A stretch of 64,000 nucleotides of DNA, taken from a virus. The notes below the pieces were generated by a model. The model made no database searches, was not told where the DNA came from, and saw only the letters and a list, made by a program, of their open reading frames with translations. Shown here piece after piece: positions 1 through 10,059 of the stretch; the first letter of the stretch is position 1; every line of letters begins with the position of its first letter. The position numbers were made by a program, and so were the translations under genes. The DNA is taken from the IMG/VR virus record IMGVR_UViG_3300045988_087758; one strand, 5' to 3'.

Positions 1-207
1 CTGACGTTGTGCGCCTGTAAGATTGTCCTCAATCTTGTCGATTTCATCCCATAAAGGGGTGGAAGACTGCTGCGCTTGCATATTGATAGATGCTCGCTTC
101 TGCTGTATTGCCTCATACACCTTTTGTAGTTCGGCATCCATCGTTGGCGGCTGTTGCTGATTTGTACCCATATCCAATAATGGGCTGTTTCCAAAATTCA
201 TCATAAT
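1..207 (-). CDS. hypothetical protein, 3' end cut by window edge
   Basis: ATG-ATG at 207-202 opens a minus-strand frame (MMNFGNSPLLDMGTNQQQPPTMDAELQKVYEAIQQKR...) with no stop down to position 1. It is missing from the ORF track because it is truncated. Confidence 0.3.
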   Translation of the reverse strand, partial: MMMNFGNSPLLDMGTNQQQPPTMDAELQKVYEAIQQKRASINMQAQQSSTPLWDEIDKIEDNLTGAQRQ

Positions 208-326
208 CAATATCTTTAAGTTGGTGATATATTATAGAGAGGTGAGAGGGCATCCACCACGAGGGCAAACACCCCTCACCAACTCATTTTTTCTTAGTCC
301 TTTTCACAGACTTTCTTACTGCTCTG

Positions 327-1037
327 TTACGCTCCTGTAGTGGGAGTTGAAGCTGCGGCACATCCGCAAATGCTTGCAGATGGGAGAACTGTAACAGTAG
401 GAGTGCTCTGGAGTCCGAGAACACCATCAATCTTGCGGCAACACTTCTCGTTCACGTAAGCCATCATCAGCTTCTCCTTGTAAGGAGTAAGAGCCTCCAT
501 AACGGCTACCTTCTTGTCGAGGTCGCAATACTTAGCCTGCAACGCATCGTACTGGTCTCTCTGATTCTTGTACAGACCGAAGTCCGCATCAATCTGAGAC
601 TTGTAAAGACCGAACTCAGCCTCCATTGCACGGCGGTTCTCAGCGTTGATAGCCTCAGTAGCACCCTTGTACATAGAGAACTTCTCAGCGATGTCTGTCT
701 CACGCATGGCGTAGAACTTGTTAGCGGTGTCAAGCTTCAAGCCGAACATGTCGGTAAGCAACTTCACCTCATCAGCACATTCCTTCTCCATTACCTGCAA
801 GGCGGTTGGCTGATTTGAGCTTGAGTTAGCTCCGTATGTGTTGATGTTTACGTTCTCAGGCATATTGCTGCCACCGAGAGAGCCGAAAACACCACGACCA
901 TTTCCGTTGAGCAAAGCTAAAGCCAAGCCACCGATGCCAATTCCGAGGGCTGTTCCTGCCAAACCCTTGCTGGCATACTCCTTCTTACCATCTTCGTAGA
1001 TTTTCTTTTCCACGACTTTTGCATCTGTCATTTCCAT
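327..1037 (-). CDS. hypothetical membrane-anchored protein
   Basis: 236-aa ORF. Gly-rich hydrophobic stretch GLAGTALGIGIGGLALALL, repeated FGLYK motif, Cys-rich C-terminus. No family recognised. Confidence 0.5.
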   Translation of the reverse strand: MEMTDAKVVEKKIYEDGKKEYASKGLAGTALGIGIGGLALALLNGNGRGVFGSLGGSNMPENVNINTYGANSSSNQPTALQVMEKECADEVKLLTDMFGLKLDTANKFYAMRETDIAEKFSMYKGATEAINAENRRAMEAEFGLYKSQIDADFGLYKNQRDQYDALQAKYCDLDKKVAVMEALTPYKEKLMMAYVNEKCCRKIDGVLGLQSTPTVTVLPSASICGCAAASTPTTGA

Positions 1038-1216
1038 GATACAATCTTTTTAAGTTATCCTTAATATTAACTAACACTATTGTAACGTTACGGATGCAAA
1101 GGTACGAAGAATAGGGTAGAGTAAACATAACTCTATCACACTTTCTTTTAGTGGCTAATTATCAGTGGTTTAATGTGATAGGAGGTAGTGTCACAATAAA
1201 TAAAAAAGAGAGGCAA

Positions 1217-1567
1217 TCACTTACCTCTCTTACTCTTAATAAAGTGCAGAATATCCCACTTCTTCCAATACCTAGTGTGCCCACGCTTCTTGCACTCACC
1301 ATTAGGAATGTCGCCCCTTGCAACCATTCTATTCAATGTAGCATCAGAAACGTGCAATTTCTCCTTGACTTCCTCTGTGCTCAACATCGGATTGAGCATA
1401 TCTGGGATGATGTCACACAATCTATCCAGGTCATCATCGCTCATTCCGCAAGCGGTGACCTTCTCGCCATTTCTCTGCTGCTCATCAGCATTGAAACAAG
1501 CATCGCTCAATGATTTCAAAGCTGTACCTAGCAGCTTATAATTCAATATCTTTGCCATATAAATCAA
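1217..1567 (-). CDS. putative helix-turn-helix DNA-binding protein (Xis/AlpA-like)
   Basis: 116-aa ORF. LSTEEVKEKLHVSDATLNRMVARGDIP resembles the HTH of small phage DNA-binding proteins. Confidence 0.4.
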   Translation of the reverse strand: MIYMAKILNYKLLGTALKSLSDACFNADEQQRNGEKVTACGMSDDDLDRLCDIIPDMLNPMLSTEEVKEKLHVSDATLNRMVARGDIPNGECKKRGHTRYWKKWDILHFIKSKRGK

Positions 1568-1597
1568 GTTTTTGTGATTTTTTCGTAAAAAGTACCT

Positions 1598-2104
1598 TTA
1601 TGAGCAAATTTTCCGTCCCATCTTAGTGTTATTAACAAACATTTCAGCAAATCCATATATGTAGAATAATGCAGTCACGACCATAACAGTGAAGCAAGAA
1701 TCAACCATATCTTTAGTTGTGTACCAGTTCCATTCCACGATGTGGGCAGCGTTGATTCCGAAAAAGTAAAAGAAAGGTATTCTATATCTCCAACATAGGA
1801 AGAAAAATCTACTTGCTAATATCAAAACCATAGGTAAAATATACACCATAAAGTAGATGAATAAATAGCATGGAAAATTCTCATTGTTTGTTATGAACAT
1901 TTCCCTTGGATGCTGCGAGAAATCCCACATTCCGTATGCGTGGAAGCACATAATAACGATAGGTACGTACTTGCAGAACCAGCGGAAGAATTTCAATATT
2001 CTCCTGCTATACCGATTACCATGCTTTATCAGCATATCCATCAACTCGGTAACATCAATGTCCTTTATCAACCGCAGGACTTCGGCTTCTTGTTCCTGTG
2101 TCAT
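1598..2104 (-). CDS. integral membrane protein, function unknown
   Basis: 168-aa ORF with several long hydrophobic segments (VPIVIMCFHAYGMW, FIYFMVYILPMVLILASRFFFLCW, VMVVTALFYIYGF). Confidence 0.5.
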   Translation of the reverse strand: MTQEQEAEVLRLIKDIDVTELMDMLIKHGNRYSRRILKFFRWFCKYVPIVIMCFHAYGMWDFSQHPREMFITNNENFPCYLFIYFMVYILPMVLILASRFFFLCWRYRIPFFYFFGINAAHIVEWNWYTTKDMVDSCFTVMVVTALFYIYGFAEMFVNNTKMGRKICS

Positions 2105-2291
2105 AATTCGTTGATTTTTAAATTTGTCGTTTTGTTGATTTATAAGATTTATGCCGCAAAGTTACGCTTTTTTATAACAGAAGTATTTAATTTTGAATTA
2201 CTTTTTGTGTTAAACTTTATAAAAAGTAACAATCTGAAAGTTTTTGCTAGCAAAAAGAAAGGCGGCTACATGTTGTAAACCGCCTTAACAT

Positions 2292-2516
2292 TTAAAATAC
2301 ATACGAAAGCCAATGATAACGCTTCCTGCTCTCAAGGTACGTGAGGTTTTCCTGATTGGCATAAGTGCCTATACCCATCTTGCGCCTAAACTGATTACAC
2401 ACCTATACCACAACGTCCGTACAGGCTGGCAGAGGAAAAGCCTGTGGTTGCCCCTCTACCATCTTCATCACCGGGATTCGCAGCGTGAAGTCATTACCTT
2501 TTACTATCTTTTTCAT
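2292..2516 (-). pseudogene. small ORF interrupted by an in-frame TAG (pseudogene or readthrough candidate)
   Basis: My own translation: ATG at 2516, MKKIVKGNDFTLRIPVMKMVEGQPQAFPLPACTDVVV, TAG at 2403-2405, then VCNQFRRKMGIGTYANQENLTYLESRKRYHWLSYVF, TAA at 2292-2294. Confidence 0.3.
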
Positions 2517-2569
2517 AAGCTTATAATTTTATTTCTTTATACTATTCTATTGTTTTAATGAATTTATCT

Positions 2570-5359
2570 TTATGCAGAATTGTGCGAACCGTTGAAGTAA
2601 GCATAACACCAATTCTCTCCATCAAAAATGAAATAGGTAAAAGTACCTGCTCTACCTATCTTTATTTTAGTCTGCAAACTGCCATTTGAATACATCTTCC
2701 CTGTATCGTAACCACCAGAGCTGTCATACTCGATATACACGTTTGACGACACTTTAGAGTAAATCAGCAAAGTCTGACCTACAACAGGACCAGCAGGCAA
2801 TTTTAGTGTAATACCACCTTTCGTAACTATCACTATACAATCAGAGCTACTTATTTGCCCGTTATAATTCATAATTCTCAGATTAGGAGCAATAACTCCT
2901 TGTATAGCACCGTTTGTCTGCAAAGCCGTTGGTGTACCTGTAAAACCCTTGGCAATAACATTTATAGCCAACGCAGGCGAATCTTTCTTACTCTGTTCAG
3001 AATAAATATACTGCACTGGTTCGTATTGGGTATTATAAGCATAATTTGTTGGAAGATTCATTTCGTTACTCGAACCTTTACAGACTATTCTTGCGGCGTT
3101 ACCAAGCCATACGGCACGAAAAGCATTATTGCCCGACGTATAAGAGAACTCCGTACAGGACACACCTACGCGAAAATAATCAGTAAGAAGTAAACCACCT
3201 CGGACAAATAACGGGCAATACTGAATACCAGATACAACAGTTGTACCATTATATTCTGTACCCTCCGCTTGCATAATATCCCCCCAATTATCATCCTTTT
3301 TAATGCTCCATATTCCGATTTTGCTATCTCCTGTGACATTAAGCTTAGTAGCTGTAATCTCCTGAGCATTGATACCTTTAGCTACAACGTCTCCTGCATT
3401 AATGAATTTCGCATTGAGCTTACCATTTTCAAACATCGCTGCTTCGTCATAACCCTCAGAAGGATTGGTTCTCGGGGTTTTTACCTGCACTTTGTTTCCG
3501 TACAGGGTGACTTGTTCGCTCGTAATCTCTATACCAGCCTTCTTCAAGGATGCTTTATCTACCAAATCGGTCTTCCGCTCGGTGAACTCGGTCATGGTAG
3601 CACCTACCTCCAACTTAGGTTGGCAGACATAAACCTCGCCTGCGCCATTCAGCTGGATATAAAGCTTAGATGGAAGATAACCATGAAACCTCATGTGTCC
3701 CCAATATCGTTTGTATTCTGTCGTAAGCTGATTAGGTATTTCGATGATAGAAGCATACCGTACGTTTAAAAAACGAGTACCTTGATTTACACTATCCTCG
3801 CTGAAAACAGAATCGCCTTCAGCGTTTCTATCGAACTGAGCATACAATCCAATAGAAGCCTTACCTTTTGCTAGGAAAGAGAAAATGTAATCAACGTCCA
3901 ATTCCATCGAGTCTGTAGCAAACTCCATGACAAGATACGTATTATTAGCGTTTGTGTTTTTGATGCGGAGAGCCATGCAGTCGCCATAATAGGCACGCTC
4001 ATAATCGGGTAGACCATTAGGGTTTAACGATTTAAGACTACCGCCTACTTCCAGAGTTCTGGCGTTGTCTATCATATTACCACCCACGTAATCATAATCT
4101 TGTTTAGAACGAGACCAGCCGTTGTATGTATCTCCCTCTTCCATCATAGGCTGACAGATATAAGCATCGGAAGTTACACAGAATGCGACCGCAAGATAGT
4201 TAGTGACAGCAGATGATGTATCTATCGTAAATGTGAACAGTTCCCATGTATTAGGAGAAGAGACATACATAGTATCTGTCTTATAGAAAGACATATCGCT
4301 GCTTGCATTAGCAATATCTGATGTACTATAAGCTCGAATCCTGAATTGAGCACTAGTACTGCTGCTTTTAACCCAACAGGAGAATGTGTATTTCTTACCT
4401 TTTGTGATAACGACACTTATGCCTCCGCTCTTCGTTCCATCCCAATATACACCATTTTCGTTACTGCTTGTGATATGTACGCAGTTGATACCATCCTTAC
4501 CAGTAGTACATTCAATGCGTGTACCCGAAGAGAAATGCAATGATTCCTGATTATGGAAATCGCTATTCACTAACAGATTCCTTCTGCCGACTGCATTAGA
4601 GCTTACTTCCAAAGAGATTCTCCTAGCTGTCTGTTCGATACTTGATGATACTTCCCTCAATTCGTCCTTCGATGCCTTATCATTAAGTTCATTAGAAACA
4701 GTATTATACTTATTGCTTATCTCCGTATACTTGCGCTGAAAGCTTTCGTCCGTCTCCAATACCGTCTTTACAAAGGTATTGGTGTTAACACGGAATGGCA
4801 GATAGGAATAGTAATCAGTACCATCCACAGTTACCTTCAATTTCACACCGCCAGCAGATGCAGGAACATATTTCCCTGTACCTACCGATTCCGTTGTTAT
4901 GCTTGTCAATTTAATAACATTGCTGCTGATATTAGCATTACAGTTATCCTTTGACACGATGCTTGCGCTGCACGATACAGCCTTACCACCCCTCGTTGCA
5001 CTAACAGTAGATGAATTGTTGTTGAACTGAGTAGATGATATATTTCCGTCTTTATCCGCATTGTATACAAGCTCAGAGGGAGATAGATTGATATTTATCG
5101 CATCCTTACCTGCCGCACCGTCCTTACCTTTATACGATACGCTAAAGCTTGTAGTAGAGTTCGTGTCAGAGTATACTACAATCGTTCTAGTCCACAGATA
5201 AGGCTTCGTGTCGGTTGTCGCAACAACCTTGTCGCTCCAGTTACCTGTAGGTATTTCTGTTCCACTTGCACTTATCTGATATGTAACAGATTTACTGATG
5301 ATAGTGACAGATGTACCGTCCTTTGGTTTCCTATGTAATGTGATTGATGTCGTTAACAT
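2570..5359 (-). CDS. tail fibre / receptor-binding-type structural protein
   Basis: 929-aa ORF in the tail module. N-terminal KPYLWTRTIVVYSD and a GKDGAAGKDA collagen-like tract. Ser/Thr/Asn/Gly-rich composition typical of fibres. Confidence 0.6.
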   Translation of the reverse strand: MLTTSITLHRKPKDGTSVTIISKSVTYQISASGTEIPTGNWSDKVVATTDTKPYLWTRTIVVYSDTNSTTSFSVSYKGKDGAAGKDAININLSPSELVYNADKDGNISSTQFNNNSSTVSATRGGKAVSCSASIVSKDNCNANISSNVIKLTSITTESVGTGKYVPASAGGVKLKVTVDGTDYYSYLPFRVNTNTFVKTVLETDESFQRKYTEISNKYNTVSNELNDKASKDELREVSSSIEQTARRISLEVSSNAVGRRNLLVNSDFHNQESLHFSSGTRIECTTGKDGINCVHITSSNENGVYWDGTKSGGISVVITKGKKYTFSCWVKSSSTSAQFRIRAYSTSDIANASSDMSFYKTDTMYVSSPNTWELFTFTIDTSSAVTNYLAVAFCVTSDAYICQPMMEEGDTYNGWSRSKQDYDYVGGNMIDNARTLEVGGSLKSLNPNGLPDYERAYYGDCMALRIKNTNANNTYLVMEFATDSMELDVDYIFSFLAKGKASIGLYAQFDRNAEGDSVFSEDSVNQGTRFLNVRYASIIEIPNQLTTEYKRYWGHMRFHGYLPSKLYIQLNGAGEVYVCQPKLEVGATMTEFTERKTDLVDKASLKKAGIEITSEQVTLYGNKVQVKTPRTNPSEGYDEAAMFENGKLNAKFINAGDVVAKGINAQEITATKLNVTGDSKIGIWSIKKDDNWGDIMQAEGTEYNGTTVVSGIQYCPLFVRGGLLLTDYFRVGVSCTEFSYTSGNNAFRAVWLGNAARIVCKGSSNEMNLPTNYAYNTQYEPVQYIYSEQSKKDSPALAINVIAKGFTGTPTALQTNGAIQGVIAPNLRIMNYNGQISSSDCIVIVTKGGITLKLPAGPVVGQTLLIYSKVSSNVYIEYDSSGGYDTGKMYSNGSLQTKIKIGRAGTFTYFIFDGENWCYAYFNGSHNSA

Positions 5360-5376
5360 AAGTATATAGTTTTAAA

Positions 5377-6414
5377 TTACGCCTTATAGCTAATAAAGTC
5401 TCTTACGTCTTCGTTATCATTAGCTATCTTACCCCAAATATCCGTACCGACTTCTACCGATACGCCTGTCTTAGTTCCAAGCTCTGTGTTATTCAGAGAG
5501 CTGGCGAATGTATGCGTGAAAGTACCTGTCAATGTAGATGTAATATCTTCACCCTTCTCACCTGCTGAGAATCGATATACATGAGCAGTTACATTCTGGG
5601 CATTTACTCCATCCCAATCTTTATCGACAGAAGCTTCAAGTTCGTACTCGTCACCAATATCTGTAATCTTGTGAAAGTCTGTTGCAAGAGCGGTCTTTTT
5701 ACTATCGCCTGTCTTGTATGCTGAACAGTAGATACCGCCAATACCATCAATCATATCACGTGTAGCCGTAAACTCTCTTGATGTACTATCCTGCAAAGTA
5801 TTCTGCAAAGTCTCACTATTCTCGTTGTAGAATCGGTATGAATATCCACTTATGATTTCCGCACCATCAATGAAGAAACGAGCTTTAAGCTTAGTCGAAG
5901 CATTCTCCTTGGAGAGAGTACAACCGCCTTCAATATATAGAGCAGCCGCACTACTACCAACAATCTGCAAGTGGAGTTCTGCGGTAGCCTCTGATTCATA
6001 ATCTGTGTTAGCGGCTTCACCAGAGCACTTAAACGTAAACATATCGTTGCTCGTATTGCTAGCCGATGCGATATTGTCAATGATTCTTAGCTTGTAGTTA
6101 GATGGATTGATAGCAAATCTAGCATCGCTGCACTTATAAAAGCCTTCCGATGTTGCCGTAGTGGTTACCACAAGCAATGTGTTATTGTAATACCAAGAAC
6201 CATTTGTAATAGTCGCAGTCTGTCCGTTTGTTGCCACAGCCTTTGGAACAAGGATAGGCTGGTTAGCCGCATCCTTGAAATCAGGGGCAGGGGTTGAAGT
6301 CTTGTCATTCCAACCTTGATAAAGAGCAGCATTCTCTGTCTCAATGCTCAATACTACGTTTAATCCCTTCTTCAATCTCTTGAGAGTAATACTACCTGAT
6401 AATGTACCTTCCAT
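5377..6414 (-). CDS. tail-fibre-module structural protein
   Basis: 345-aa ORF, tightly packed with the flanking fibre genes. Thr/Ser/Asn-rich. No family recognised. Confidence 0.45.
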   Translation of the reverse strand: MEGTLSGSITLKRLKKGLNVVLSIETENAALYQGWNDKTSTPAPDFKDAANQPILVPKAVATNGQTATITNGSWYYNNTLLVVTTTATSEGFYKCSDARFAINPSNYKLRIIDNIASASNTSNDMFTFKCSGEAANTDYESEATAELHLQIVGSSAAALYIEGGCTLSKENASTKLKARFFIDGAEIISGYSYRFYNENSETLQNTLQDSTSREFTATRDMIDGIGGIYCSAYKTGDSKKTALATDFHKITDIGDEYELEASVDKDWDGVNAQNVTAHVYRFSAGEKGEDITSTLTGTFTHTFASSLNNTELGTKTGVSVEVGTDIWGKIANDNEDVRDFISYKA

Positions 6415-6420
6415 ATATTT

Positions 6421-6651
6421 TTATTTTTTAAATTTCATTAAATACTCTTCCAACTCTCTTGCGCTACCGAACATAGTGCCTTTGAGCTGTTTCAATCTCT
6501 CACTCTCATCACCGACAAGCAATGATGCATCCATCATTCCCTTCTCCGTAATAACCATCTTACTTTCTCCTTTGATATCAATAACGTTGTGAGTGATAAC
6601 ATCAAATCCAGCCAAGATAGCCATTTCCTCATCTGCCAATACGTATCTCAT
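6421..6651 (-). CDS. hypothetical small protein (fibre module)
   Basis: 76-aa ORF filling the gap between two fibre-module genes on the same strand. Confidence 0.4.
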   Translation of the reverse strand: MRYVLADEEMAILAGFDVITHNVIDIKGESKMVITEKGMMDASLLVGDESERLKQLKGTMFGSARELEEYLMKFKK

Positions 6652-6657
6652 ATTCTC

Positions 6658-7863
6658 CTAGTTAAAGATGAACGGATTGCCGTTCTCATCTGTATATACA
6701 TTGCCGTTTGCGTCAGTAGCAACCTTATACTCTTCCTTATAGTCATAGTCGAAGCAGGTTTCAACAAAGTTATCCTTCTGTGTATCACCCATGGTAAGGT
6801 CAGACAAGCGGAAAAATAACCCTTTTCCTTCTCCGAGATTCACATCAGATTCATAAGCAGTTGTACCAAGCAGTACCATCTTAATCACGTTTTCTGCGCA
6901 AGGCACGTCATGGTCTTTACATTTTACAATAGCTTCCTGATACATAATATCTGTATCTGGATAAATATCGCTCTCAACGCTCGGCTTTACCGATATTGCT
7001 TTATGCAATCTGTTGACTGTGCAGATTGTCTTTAAGCAAACCACCTTACCTCCAACAAGTACTTTAAGGAGATAAGTAGCCGCATTAGGCACAAGACGCA
7101 AATCAAGGATAATACTTGTAAGGGATAATGCCTGCAACTCATAGCCTACGCTCATTTTTACTTCGCTGCCGCTATCTGTGCGGTAGAGTTCCAAAGTATA
7201 GCCGCTTTTCTGAATCTCCTTACCTTTGCGCACTCTTATTGCTGCCGTGCGAAGATACTGCTCTCCGTCATTAATCTGCTGTTCTGATAACGAAGATGCT
7301 ATTCCGTGACTAACTTGATAGTCATACAAGAGCATATTATCATCAATGCAGGAATACATGAGGTTAAGTGGATAGTCCGTTTCCACGCTCCATGAATCCT
7401 GTGCGGCTTGAATTGTATAAAGTGTCTTCTCATCACTTTTAACTGGAATAAGCTCTTTATTACGGAAGTCGAACAACTGACCCTCGAAACGCAACTTGAT
7501 ACGTTCGTTCAGACCGATATTGCGCTTGATAATAAGCATACCCTTATTATCACCATTAGTAATGATGGAGTACTTTCCATTCCAGCTTGCTACACTCTCT
7601 ATCTTCTGCCCGTCCACGTACCATTGCATCTGTGACAGATGGGCGTTACTTCGAGTATTACCCTGCCAACTACCATCCCTTGCTGATGCGCTGACGATAG
7701 GGCTGATACCGCAAGGAACTGCTGCCGTTCCTTCTCGGTTAGGCTGCCATTCTCCACCGCTATAAAGCTGCGTAAGTGGAGATTCAGGGGTTGTGCAGGT
7801 CAATGAACAACCCGTAACCAATGGCGCATATCTACGCCGCATGAATTTCTTTTCCGTTCTCAT
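6658..7863 (-). CDS. tail-module structural protein
   Basis: 401-aa ORF, co-oriented and packed in the fibre module. No family recognised. Confidence 0.45.
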   Translation of the reverse strand: MRTEKKFMRRRYAPLVTGCSLTCTTPESPLTQLYSGGEWQPNREGTAAVPCGISPIVSASARDGSWQGNTRSNAHLSQMQWYVDGQKIESVASWNGKYSIITNGDNKGMLIIKRNIGLNERIKLRFEGQLFDFRNKELIPVKSDEKTLYTIQAAQDSWSVETDYPLNLMYSCIDDNMLLYDYQVSHGIASSLSEQQINDGEQYLRTAAIRVRKGKEIQKSGYTLELYRTDSGSEVKMSVGYELQALSLTSIILDLRLVPNAATYLLKVLVGGKVVCLKTICTVNRLHKAISVKPSVESDIYPDTDIMYQEAIVKCKDHDVPCAENVIKMVLLGTTAYESDVNLGEGKGLFFRLSDLTMGDTQKDNFVETCFDYDYKEEYKVATDANGNVYTDENGNPFIFN

Positions 7864-7896
7864 AGCTTATCAGTTTATAAGTGTTGAACAATCACG

Positions 7897-8283
7897 TTAC
7901 TCAAGTCCGAGTGTCTTGCAATCAGCATCAACGATAGCCTTCAAACGTGCTCGCTCTACAAGGAACTCCTTATAAGCAGCAGTCTTGATAGCTATCTCTG
8001 TTTTATCAGTAGTGATGCCAAGCTGAATAGCATTATACTCATTGATGAGCTTCTGTTCCTGATTACCATCCCACTTATCAGCAATGACCGCTTCGGTAAT
8101 CTTATTAGACGTGAGAGGTTCCCATACAATCACTTCCTGGCATTCGTACTGAGTTTTTAATTCTATACCCGAAGGCTTCTCTGTTGATTCTGCCTTCACC
8201 GTCTTGATGTCGTAGTGATAACGGTGACTTCCGTTTCCTACTGCCTCCAATACTGAAGGCTCATTATCGTAAATTACTTTCAT
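7897..8283 (-). CDS. hypothetical protein translationally coupled to the DGR reverse transcriptase
   Basis: 128-aa ORF. Its ATG (8283-8281) overlaps the RT stop TGA (8282-8280) as an ATGA overlap. Confidence 0.45.
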   Translation of the reverse strand: MKVIYDNEPSVLEAVGNGSHRYHYDIKTVKAESTEKPSGIELKTQYECQEVIVWEPLTSNKITEAVIADKWDGNQEQKLINEYNAIQLGITTDKTEIAIKTAAYKEFLVERARLKAIVDADCKTLGLE

Positions 8284-9320
8284 ATTGCAATCTTTTTAAA
8301 GTTATAATTATGTATATAATGGAACGCACCTATCTTCTCTAACAGATGTCTGCTATCGCTATGAGCCGTCCATCCTAACCAAGGGCTTATCCTCATCTTC
8401 AGTGCATCCTCCTTGATTCCTTTCTTTCTTGCGGCTTTCATTTCCCTACATAGGTTCTGTTTCGTTCTCTTACGCATAAGCTTCTGCTTGCGGAAGAACT
8501 GATAGCCTACGTAGTCCAATGCACGACCGCTCTTGTCGTATCTATTCATACCGATTTTGAATATCTGCCAATTTCCTTTAATCTTTAGCTTCAATTCTCC
8601 TTCGAGCTTGCATTTGATGGCTTTGCGAACTTTATGCAATACTTCTTTATTTTCCGCAAAGAATGTTATATCATCGGCATATTCTGTACTCTCGACTTTC
8701 AGCACTTCGTTCACCCAGTGCATGAAGTAAGCAAGATAAAGATTAGCCAAATACTGACTTGAATAGTTACCTATCGGCAATCCATCTGTAGAATTTATAA
8801 TCTCGTCAAGGAGATTCAATACATCAGTGTCCTTTATCTTCTTTCGGATAATCTTCTTCATAACCTCATGGTCGATGCTAGGATAGTACTTTACGATGTC
8901 TATCTTTAAGCAATACAGAGGTCTGTCAATAGGATGTCTTCTTATAATCTCGCCAACCCTTCTTGCGCATCCTTCTATTCCTCTTCCCTTGATGCAGCTA
9001 TATGTATTGTACGTAAATACGCTGCGCCATATAGGTTCAAGGATATTCAGTATCGCATGATGAACGATTCTGTCGGGAAAGTATGGTAATCTGTATATCA
9101 CTCTCTCCTTCGGCTCATGAATGGTGAATACGTCATACTTTGATGTTCTGAACGCCTTATTTTCCAGTATCTCATGCAGCTTCAACAGATTATCCTCTCT
9201 ATTCTTATCGAACACTCGCACACCATAGGTATTTTTCTTTCCCTTCCTAGCCTTTTCATCAGCTAATCTGAGATTATCCATTGATATGATTTTCTCGTAG
9301 AGATAACCAATCCTTCTCAT
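8280..9320 (-). CDS. DGR-type reverse transcriptase
   Basis: 346-aa ORF with RT motifs: catalytic YADD (TEYADDITFF) and the DGR-typical LPIGNYSSQYLANLYL ([I/L]GxxxSQ) motif. It lies directly 3' of the template repeat. Confidence 0.9.
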   Translation of the reverse strand: MRRIGYLYEKIISMDNLRLADEKARKGKKNTYGVRVFDKNREDNLLKLHEILENKAFRTSKYDVFTIHEPKERVIYRLPYFPDRIVHHAILNILEPIWRSVFTYNTYSCIKGRGIEGCARRVGEIIRRHPIDRPLYCLKIDIVKYYPSIDHEVMKKIIRKKIKDTDVLNLLDEIINSTDGLPIGNYSSQYLANLYLAYFMHWVNEVLKVESTEYADDITFFAENKEVLHKVRKAIKCKLEGELKLKIKGNWQIFKIGMNRYDKSGRALDYVGYQFFRKQKLMRKRTKQNLCREMKAARKKGIKEDALKMRISPWLGWTAHSDSRHLLEKIGAFHYIHNYNFKKIAI

Positions 9321-9455
9321 CTTTTTTGCTATTTTGCTTCCTTACTCCGAGTCTTCGACTATTAGCGATATTGCTGATACCTACCAACACGTTTCTGAGT
9401 CCCTAAATTTTTCACCAAGAGGTGAGGTTATGATTCCGATATATAATATTTAACC

Positions 9456-9576
9456 TTAGAAGTATAGGTGAGAGGCGATATTCGCATTCGTGTCCGAGGG
9501 AACGTTAATCGAGTTCGAGTAAACGAAGCCGCAGTTCGAACCGTTATTCGCATTACCGCCAAAGAGAACGCCACGT
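9456..9576 (-). repeat. DGR template repeat (TR)
   Basis: 121 bp aligning base-for-base with 10072-10192 (offset 616). 22 mismatches, 19 at plus-strand T in TR (= A on the coding/minus strand). Read in the VR frame, TR carries 8 AAY codons. Confidence 0.85.
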
Positions 9577-9601
9577 TAGGAATCATCAACCTTAATATCT
9601 T

Positions 9602-9961
9602 TTATTCTACGAAATATCGGTTTCCGTTACCTCGCATTGTCACCTTGCAAGGAAAGGCATTCCGTTTCTTTATCTCCTGCAAGATATAGAGTATATCCTG
9701 TGAGCCTGTGAAGAACTTCATCGCTTCACTCTCTGGGTCTTCAAGATTTCGCTTCACAAGCACCAAGGTCTGACCTTTCGTACCTTTCTGCTTAGAGAAT
9801 CTTGTCGGAATATCCTCCATGAAATCAATCAGCCAAAATGATGTATTCACCAATTTGCTCTGACTTACTTCCTTGCAGTTGAATGAACGGCTGTTCTCAT
9901 TGCGAGGAATGTTCAAGAATGCAAGACTTCCATCGTCTTGCTTTGTGTTATCGTCTGCCAT
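9602..9961 (-). CDS. DGR accessory-position protein (between target gene and TR)
   Basis: 119-aa ORF in the slot normally held by Avd. I did not recognise its sequence as Avd-like. Confidence 0.5.
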   Translation of the reverse strand: MADDNTKQDDGSLAFLNIPRNENSRSFNCKEVSQSKLVNTSFWLIDFMEDIPTRFSKQKGTKGQTLVLVKRNLEDPESEAMKFFTGSQDILYILQEIKKRNAFPCKVTMRGNGNRYFVE

Positions 9962-9999
9962 ATCTCTATTATTTTAATGTTAAACCTAATTTTTAATCA

Positions 10000-10034
10000 C
10001 CCTATGCCGCCAATAAATGACGGGCGGCATAGGG
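10000..10034 (-). promoter_or_regulatory. perfect 12-bp stem hairpin just 3' of the target gene/VR
   Basis: ccctatgccgcc (10000-10011) pairs with ggcggcataggg (10023-10034), 11-nt loop. It sits 26 nt past the target-gene stop (10060-10062). Confidence 0.6.
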
Positions 10035-10059
10035 CGTGTGACGAGCCGTATCGCTTCGA

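Noticed and set aside
2575-2600. 10-nt match (gcgaaccgtt) to the DGR TR/VR core at the 3' end of the 929-aa fibre gene, considered as a second VR
   Set aside because: The flanking sequence does not align with TR, and none of the invariant TR blocks (aaacgaagccgcag, ccgccaaagagaacgccacg) are present. It is probably a chance match.
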